Shown here: in pieces, positions 55,968 to 64,000 of the stretch | Numbering within the stretch: position 1 is the first letter of the stretch | How the letters are laid out: each line of letters begins with the position of its first letter | From: the human T2T-CHM13v2.0 reference genome, Homo sapiens | NCBI RefSeq assembly: GCF_009914755.1 | Contig: NC_060939.1 | Strand: one strand, 5' to 3' | DNA length: 64,000 bases | Notes under the pieces: generated by a model | Seen by the model: the letters and a program-made list of their open reading frames with translations, nothing else | What the model was told of the DNA's origin: nothing | Database searches by the model: none | Made by a program: the position numbers and the translations under genes

Positions 55968-56586
55968 CAGCAGGTCCTCGAATACCATCGTTTTGTTCAA
56001 CATTGTTTTATTGTAACATTGATGAGAAAAAAACGATCGCTTCCCAGTGGGGCCACTGTGTGTGTGGAGTTTGCATTTTCTCCCCACATCTGCATGGGTT
56101 TTCTCTGGGTACTCTGGTTTCCTCCCACATCCTGAAGATGTACACATGAAGTTAGTTTGTCTATCTACACCATCCCAGTCTGAGAGAGTCTGGGTGTGGG
56201 TGTGAGTGTACCCTATGATGAGTCAGGAGGCCACCCCATCACAGGGTGCTCAAGGTTCCTTCCTTGCACTCTGAGCTGCTGGGATAGGGTCTGGTCATCC
56301 ACAACCCTGAACCGGAATAATCAGGTAAATCATTATCTTACTTGTTTTTTATTAGTCTTTCTTAAATGCATGTATGGCTCACATTCACTCCAATGTTTAA
56401 TATTACTTGTGTTTGGGGTCTTTAGAAGTTTGACAATGTTTCTGTGACTAGAAACATGCCATAAAAAATTAACTCTTGTTTATATCAATTAGCCTATAGT
56501 AAAATTGGTTTCATTACATGACGTTTTACCTAAAGTCACAATATCCAAGAATCTGTTGACATTGTTAAATGAGGGCTTAACATCGG
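55968..56586 (+). mobile_element. MER6A-type TcMar-Tigger DNA transposon
   Basis: TA|CAGCAGGTCCTCGAATA... start; internal GTGTGGAGTTTGCA..TTCTCCCC...GGTTTCCTCCCACATCC. Confidence 0.8.
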
Positions 56587-56669
56587 TATGTGGGTGTGTC
56601 TAATACAATGTATAAATATACTGATACACATAAAAACATGCATATGCACACATACACACACACACACAT

Positions 56670-57124
56670 CAGCACAAATCACCAAAAACATAGTGATTAA
56701 AACCACACAAATGGATTATCTTAAAGTTCTAGAAGTCAAAAGTACAGAGTCTTATTGGGCTAAACTCAAGGCATCAGCAGGCCTGCATGCCTTCTGCAGG
56801 CTCTAGGGAGAAGCCATTTCTTGCCTTTTTCAGCTCCCAGAGGCTGTCTACAGTCCTTGGCCCATGGCTCCCTTCGGGAAGTCACATCTCTCCAACCTTT
56901 GTCTTCATCATCACTTCTCCTTCTCTGACTCTCCTCCCTCCCTCTTTCACTTACAAGGACTCTTGTGAGTACATTGTTCCTGCCTGGATAATCCAGAAAA
57001 ATCTCTTACTCAAAATCCTTAAATTGATCGTGTCTGCAAAGTCCCTTTTACCAGGTCAACATATTCACAAGTTCTAGGGATTAGGACATGGACAATTTGG
57101 GGGACCTTTATTCTGTCTCCTACA
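56670..57124 (-). mobile_element. MLT1B/C-type MaLR LTR
   Basis: GGCTCTAGGGAGAAGCCATTTCTTGCCTTTTTCAGCT...GGATAATCCAG...GGGATTAGGACATGGACA..TTGGGGG. Confidence 0.75.
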
Positions 57125-57590
57125 ATCAGTACAGACTCATGAAGTCTTATTTTATTCAATGAATTTTAATCGGCTGCATTATTTATTTTGCCTCTCAAAT
57201 TGTCCGAGATGTGGTCACTGGCAACTCTAATTTGGCCCCCTGCTCCTTTGTTCTTTTGACCTGCCCCATCATTCTTTGAGCACTTCCATGCTTTTTGGCA
57301 CAAGATGTTCTAGATTCCACTTGTACCTTCCCTGCCCAGTCCTGGAATGAGCCATTTCCTGAGAAGCTCTGCTTTCTTTTATTGAAGAATAATACTTAGA
57401 TGCAAAGATCTAGACATTTGGTATGTTCATTGCTACAGGGGTCTCTCATTGGACAAGGCTAGGAAATGTGTATATATATGTGCATGTTTTGTGAATATAT
57501 ATGTATATATACACACATGTGTATATGTATATGTAGATGTAAATATCCATATCTATTAACACACAGTTATACCCCCTGTGTTTATCTGTG

Positions 57591-57708
57591 TGTCTGTGTG
57601 TAGTTTGCATTTTCTCCCCTTGTCTGCATGGGGTTTCTCTGGGTACTCCGGTTTCCTCTCACATCCTGAAGATGTACACATGAAGTTAGTTGGCGTGTCT
57701 ACATCATC
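57591..57708 (+). repeat. 118-bp copy of the MER6A interior (56057-56174)
   Basis: About 105/118 identical, ungapped, 1534 bp downstream. Confidence 0.9.
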
Positions 57709-59066
57709 TACTTATTTCTAAGTATATCTCTGTATATAAAAAGTTGTGAGTTCATGCTGATACTGCCAATTCCAATCCAACACCACAGGATTTATTCTAG
57801 CCTTCTCCATTTCCATATTTGTAACTCCCTTCTCTGACATTGAGAACTCTAGCTCTCATTATCCATAATATATTTTACATCTTTGTTCAACCTTAAAAAT
57901 ATTTACAGTAGTTTTTGCAATTGCTAGCCCATACTCCCGTGTAAACAGATCTTTTAAACTACAGTTCAGTATTTGTTTATGGTTCTTTATGTCATTAGCT
58001 GGAAGGTGTACAGTCAAAATATGGAATTCAAAGTTTCCTTGGGGTTAATTCTCCATCTCTGCATTCACTGCCATTGGGTCTCCATGCTCCTTTGATCTTG
58101 TTTTCCACAACATGAACGACCATTTCACTTCACCAAGCAAATGTTGATCCAAAACTACAAATCAATTGGAAAACCTTCCTGTTGGAGTCAGTCTGTGTGA
58201 TAGCTTCCTTGCAGCCATTTTTATCTTAAATTGTTTTCTTTTCTCTGGGTCCCTCCAATCAAAATAAATGGAGCATAAGGGTATGACGGTGACCTCTCAT
58301 CATTCTAAACTTCCATGGAGCCTTCCAGATAAAGCATGTAAAGCTTTGTAAAGTCAATGAAAACAACCCTCTGGTTAGAGAAACGTGGCAGACCATTAAA
58401 AGGATGAGCAAAGAGAAGCTGAAGCCGAAGCCATGCAATCACGTTCCTTGCAATTCTACCATTTTGGGTTCTCCCAATAGCAGTAATATTTTGTTTACAT
58501 ATGTATAATGTCTAGGATTTCTGCTTGATCTTTGCAACATCCATTGAGCATAAGGAGGTGGATATTACTTTTCCCTTCTTATCAAAGAGAAAATTGAGGT
58601 TCAGGTAGATTAAATAACTTACCGGGGCACCCTGCTTACTCTGTGGTCAGGACCCGAACAGAAATCTCCTGCGGAGAAATTTGTTTTTAATTTAAAAAGT
58701 TCTATTACAAAAGCACATTTTTTACTGTAACAAATTAAATAATTCAGAGTTCATAAATAAAAGTTAATAGTCTTTCCCCCCTCTCCCCACATGTCGCCAA
58801 TGTTCACCGTGTAGGGTGAGTCCTTCTACACATTTAGCTTTCAAGAAATGTGTGAAGTCTTGAGACCCTCACAAACTCCAAGATTCCAAGAGTATCTGGT
58901 CCCTGTGAGATGAGGGAACCGAAACAAAAGATGCAATTCACGATGCCAATCTAATGCTCTGATGCATTGACTGTCTTTAGACCTGCTAGGGATGGATGCT
59001 CAAATTATAACTGTTGAAGAGAGAGGAGGTTCTACTCCCTGGAGTCCCCGTGGCCCTTGGGGACCA

Positions 59067-59495
59067 TGATGGTTAACTTTATGTGTCAACTAGAGTGGGC
59101 TATGGGGGTGCCTCAATTAAACAATGTGTATGGGTGTGTATGTGGGTGAGGTTGTTTTTAGCATTTACATTGGTGGGCTTCCCTCCCCAGTGGGGTGGGC
59201 ATCATCCAATCTGTTAAAAGCATGAATACAACAAAAGGTAGAGGTGGAAGAAGAAGGAATTGGCCTCTTTTCCTGCCTCACTGCTTGAGCTGGGACATTC
59301 TATCTCATCTTCTCTGGCTCTTGGGCTGGAACTTACATGATCAGCTCCTCTGGTTTTCAGACTTTTGGACTCATACTGAATTACAACACCAGGTTTCTTG
59401 GGTCTCCAGATCATGTCATGGGACTTCTCAGCCTCCATAATCATGTGCTTGCTCTCTCTCTCTCTCTGTCTTCCTCTGCATAACACTAACTAACA
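59067..59495 (+). mobile_element. MLT2-family ERVL LTR
   Basis: TGATGGTTAACTTTATGTGTCAACT start; GGGCATCATCCAATCTGTT; GGGACTTCTCAGCCTCCATAATCATGTG. Confidence 0.8.
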
Positions 59496-60722
59496 TGGAA
59501 ACATACAAATGTCTTCTCAGTTACTTCTGAGTCTCATTTTTACTGTTTCTAAAGTGGGAATCATGACCCAGTTGCACTCTAAATTCTTGTTAGCCGGATA
59601 AACCCATGATAAATAACCCACTAGCTATGTCCTTCTCAGGAAAATTTTACCTTCTTAATATATTCCCATACTGGGGAGGCCATGAATTGTTAGCAGTGTG
59701 CAAGAAGATGTGAAAGGCTTCCTCTTCCTCTTGGGGAGTATTCACCTTATTTGGGGAGCTGAACAGCATTGCCAACAACATCTGACTCTCAACTCACCAT
59801 CCTTCCCCAGGAATCCTCATCTTGTTTTCTATCTGCACCTTCTTCAGCAGCCAGGACTCTCTTGGAGGGCTAGTGATATCCAGTTCTAGCCCTGGGTAAC
59901 TCTGCTGGACTGTTCTGTCTCCAGGGAAGGTCCAGGCTCTTTCAACCTCTTTTAGGTTCCCATATTTAAAAGAAGCATGAATCAAGCACCATAGCTGCAG
60001 AAACTGATGTCTGTAATTCACTGTAGGGAATGAAGAACTGTCCAAGGACTTTTCTTCAGAAATTCATACAAAGCCTAGCAGTGGATATCAAATTCCTGCC
60101 CTCATCTCCCTTCAGTGGGTGTTTTCCAAGAATCAAGGAATCCATAGATTTGGGTTCTAGCCATCTCTGGCATGATTCCTTGAACAATTTGCTTCAGTCT
60201 CTGAGTCTCACTTTACCCATTTGTGACAGGGATCATTTTGACTGGATGAGATTTTCCTCTCTTCCAGTCCACACATGCCACACTTCCAAACTGAGACTCA
60301 GCCACTATTCAGATTTCACACAGCCTTTTCTCTCCCCACATGCCTTGACTAGAACTCAGGTCTTGAGCTCAGCCCCCATGCTCTTACTCATTAATAGTAG
60401 GGTTTCTCTTTGCTAATGGCCAGCCAGACCCTGGACCACCCTTCTTTGCTCACAAGAGGTCAGGCAATCTATTCTCCTCCTCTAATTAGAATGAAGCAAG
60501 GTTCACAAACCCAGTGTTGTAGTAGAGCCTGGTGAATAAATTCCCATTCACTGTGGAGGCATTAGAATTTACAAGAAAAATCCAGCACAGATTTTTCAGC
60601 CAGCCTACCTACCTCCCAGAAGGCTCATAGGTTCTAAAATTAATCACATCCTTTTATTTTTCCCCATTCCTATTCCGATTTTACATTGTTACTCACCCCA
60701 GAAGATGGTCAAAGATTTAGTT

Positions 60723-61090
60723 CAGCAGTTTCCAACCTGGGGTCTCCAGATCTGTGGGGAATCCATGAAGGGAATCGTGGAAGTCTTTGAGCTATTTTCA
60801 ATATTTCCAAAAGCCTGGCAGAAATTGTATATTATTCTAGATAAGGCTGCATAGGCTAACTAAAATGTCAAGTTGCTTAGCTTTTTGGCCAAATCCTATC
60901 CATTTATTGTGTAGCTTTAGTTATTAGGCATTGATCTAAAATTGGAAGTGGATGACGTGTGTCTTTGATGAATAAGAAAGGAGAAACACTATTAGTTATA
61001 CATGCGGGTGGCTCATTAGACAAAATACTTTAAGGTATGGGGTCTATGTGGAAAAAATAATAAAAGGTGCCCTTGACAATGAAGAAATTG
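60723..61090. mobile_element. Possible hAT-Charlie fossil
   Basis: CAGCAGTTTCCAACCTGGGGTCTCCAG start typical of Charlie/MER termini. Confidence 0.35.
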
Positions 61091-61359
61091 CCTAGCTGCC
61101 TACAGGCTTAACCCACAAATTGTCTTCACATTACCATTTCAGTCTTGCTTAGGGAGAGGCTTGAATAAAGTTGTGAACAGCAGTGATTCCTTTTCCTTGG
61201 CATATATGGATCTGCTGTGGAGGAAAGCCAGGTGTCTGCCTAGACAAACATTTTCCAAATTGAGAAACCTTTAAAGAAATTCTAAGGGAGTTGTGGAAAT
61301 AAGAGCTACAGCAGGGGGAAATGATGAGTTCCTAAAATTTGCTGGTGTGCCAGAGCTGG

Positions 61360-61602
61360 TATGTGTGTTTTGGAGTATATATGAGTGTGTGTTTGTGTGT
61401 GTGTGTGTGTGTGTTGGGGGCTGATAGGTTGGAAAGAATCTAGATGTATGTTTGTATGATTGATGGATGGGTGTAGAGTGGAAGTGAGTGACAATTTGTG
61501 TGAGTGAGTCTATAGTTGTGTTTGGATGATGGCTGGTAAAAAAATGTGCCTATGAAGTTATATGCAGTGTGTGTATGTGTATGTGTATGTGTGTGTGTGT
61601 TC
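61360..61602. repeat. (TG)n-rich low-complexity region
   Basis: Read directly. Confidence 0.8.
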
Positions 61603-62859
61603 ATGGGTGAGGAGCTGGATATGGATAGGTGGGGAGGCAAGCGGACAGTCAGGGCTATGTGCACACTTGTGTGTGGATATGCCGGGAGTGAAGTAGAGCC
61701 CTGGAGTCTCCTGATATAAACATTTGAGAGAATCTCTCCCTTAAGCACCTGCAGAGTGCAAATACAATAGACAGAGTTTATGATTTCATAGATTCTAAAT
61801 AAATGGAGGGTTAAATCAAGTTCACCTGAAACAAAACAGCCTGTAATAAAGTGGCTGGTGAGACAGAATCTGGCAGAGGGCTGCTGATCATATCTTCCCG
61901 ACCTATCCACAAAGGTTGGCTGCTTTCTCTCCCCAGCTCTTCAGCCCTGTCTGTTAGGGAGCAAGAGAACCTTGGTGGGGATTGCTGGGAAGAAGAAATG
62001 AATTCCGTCCTGGCCAGACAAACAAGGGGTCTGGGGATCCTTTCTATGGATATGAGAGGGTAAAACAGTCAAGAGGTAGTGGGATCCCCTCACAGTAGCC
62101 TCTGGGGAGTTCAGTTGTGAGGCTCCCAGCTGGCTGGAATCTTGAGAGCTTGTGGTTGTGGAGAGTATGAGAGGAGGAAGGGGAAGAATACCGTGGACTC
62201 TGTTTTATGATGGAAGTCTAAATCACCCCTGGCTGCTTTTATCGCAGAGGCCTGGATCTGCTGTTTGCCCTCAGTCATCCCTGCCTGTCTTATCCAGACT
62301 TCAGCAGAGTCTCTCAAGAACATGGGTCTCCTGGTCTCAAAGCTGTGGCTTCACAACAGAGCTCCCATTCTCAGCATGGGAAGGTTTTCTGTTGGTGGTT
62401 GTTTTGCTCTGCTTTTCGCCTGTAAGATCCGTTCCACAACATACAGGGAATTTCTTTTGATGGTATCTCTACATCCAATCAGTCATATCTCAGTGCATGT
62501 TTATAGGCCTCACAATGCCTGGGCTAAAGCCAGAATGTCTAAAGCCAGCCAGTATGTGAGGAATGGGGGCTTTGATGTGCAACCGTTGCATCTTGGGTGA
62601 GTCCAACAGGCCAGGCTCAGGTCCCTGGAGACTTGGGTGCCCCATACATCTCTCTTCCCTCTTTGTCACCATCTTAAGGTAGACTGGCCACTTCAGGCCT
62701 TGTTCCCTTTAATCAAATGCACTTTCAAAAGCCCAGATCTGATCATCTTACTCTGGCTCAAACTTTTTTCTCTGCAACAAAAACTCTAAAATCCTTTACT
62801 TGATATTTCAAGTCTTGATTGGGCCTTTAAAATGATATTCTGTTGCTGTCAACATCATT

Positions 62860-64000
62860 GTTGTTGTTGTTTTGTTTTTGTTTTTTAAATTTTTTTTTAT
62901 TTCCTTAAGTTACTGGGGAACAGGTGGTGTTTGGTTACATGAGTAAGTTCTTTGGTGGTGATTTGTGAGATTTTGGTGCACCCATCACCCGAACAGTATA
63001 CACTGCACCCTATTTGTAGTCTTTTATCCCTCACTCCCTTCCCATCCTTTCCGCCTGAGTCCCCAAAGTCTATTGTGTCATTCTTATACCTTGGCATCCT
63101 CATAGCTTAGCTCTCACATATCGGTGAGAACATACGATGTTTGGTTTTCCATTCCTGAATTTCTTCACTTTGAATAGTAGTCTCCAGTCTCACCCAGGTG
63201 GCTTTGAATGCCATTATTTCATTCCTTTTTATGGCTTAGTAGTATTCCATCATATATATATATATGCGCCACAGTTTCTCTATCCACTCGTTGATCGATG
63301 GGCATTTGGGTTGGTTCCACATTTTTGCAATTGTACATTTTGCTGCTATAAACATGTGTGTGCAAGTATCTTTTCCATATAATGACTTCTTTTTTTCTGG
63401 GTAGATACCCAGTAGTGGGATTGCTAGATCAAAAAGTAGTTCCACTTTTAGTTCTTTAAGGAATCTCCACACTGTTTTCCATAGTGGTTGTACTAATTTA
63501 CATTCCCACCAGCAGAGTAGAAGCGTTCCCTGATTACCACATCCACACCAACATCTACTGTTTTTTGATTTTTTAATTATGGCCATTCTTGTAGAGGTAA
63601 GGTGGTTTTGATTTGCATTTCCCTGACCATAAGTGATGTTGAGCATTTTTTTCATGTTTGTTGGCCATTTGCATGTCTTCTTTTGAGAATTGTCTATTCA
63701 TGTCCTTGGCCCATTTTTTGATGGAATTGTTTTTTTTTTTTTTTCTTGTTGATTTGTTTGAGTTCATTGTAGATTCTGGGTATTAGTCCTTTGTCAGATT
63801 CATATATTGTGAAGATTTTTTTCCACTCTGTGAGTTGTCTGTTTACTCTACTGACTGTTCCTTTTTTCATGCAAAAGCTCTTTAGTTAAGTCCCAGAAAT
63901 AAATCTTTGTTTTTATTGCATTTGCATTTGGGTTCTAGGTCATGAAATCCTTGCCTAAGCCAATGTCTGGAAGGGTTTTTCCAATGTTATCTTCTAGAAT
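62860..64000 (-). mobile_element. L1PB1-type LINE 3' end (antisense), continues past window edge
   Basis: Minus frames give [39 protein letters not shown] (ORF2 C-terminus) and an L1PB-type 3'UTR; T-rich tail at ~62860-62900. Confidence 0.9.

Larger units (their letters stand above)
55020..58030 (-). mobile_element. Old L1MC-like 3' region, interrupted by MER6A, an MLT1 LTR and microsatellites
   Basis: TTTTGAAATAATTTTAGATTGACAG...; TTAACTTTGATCACTTGGCTAAGGTGG; CCCTGCCCAGTCCTGGAATGAGCCATTTC. Confidence 0.7.

Overview
Primate (most likely human) genomic DNA. It is CpG-poor and dense in interspersed repeats, and looks intronic or intergenic. I could not support any host protein-coding gene, tRNA, rRNA or CRISPR array: the supplied ORFs come from Alu, L1, Hsmar1 or microsatellites, or are chance frames. 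Recognisable content: about 14 Alu copies; a near full-length dead L1PA8-10-type LINE (24431-30603, clean TSD, nested AluY); a full-length dead Hsmar1 mariner (31473-32752, TA TSD); a 5'-inverted (twin-primed) young L1PA (45377-46142); an L1PB 3' end; older L1M, L2, MIR, MaLR/ERVL LTR and MER fossils; and several microsatellites, including (GGAA)15. The structure these features do not explain is a set of short local templated copies. There is a 97-bp inverted doublet (10951-11047 / 11951-12047), direct doublets at 13016/15135, 13880/15909 and 56057/57591, and small fold-back scars at ~12.5, ~27.65 and ~38.93 kb. Four of these fall in a ~5-kb zone (10.9-16.0 kb), where four arms share a TTCTATTTGAGAAAG-type 15-mer. 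This most plausibly records replication/repair template switching rather than a new gene system. Repeat subfamily names come from recalled consensus sequences and need RepeatMasker/Dfam confirmation.
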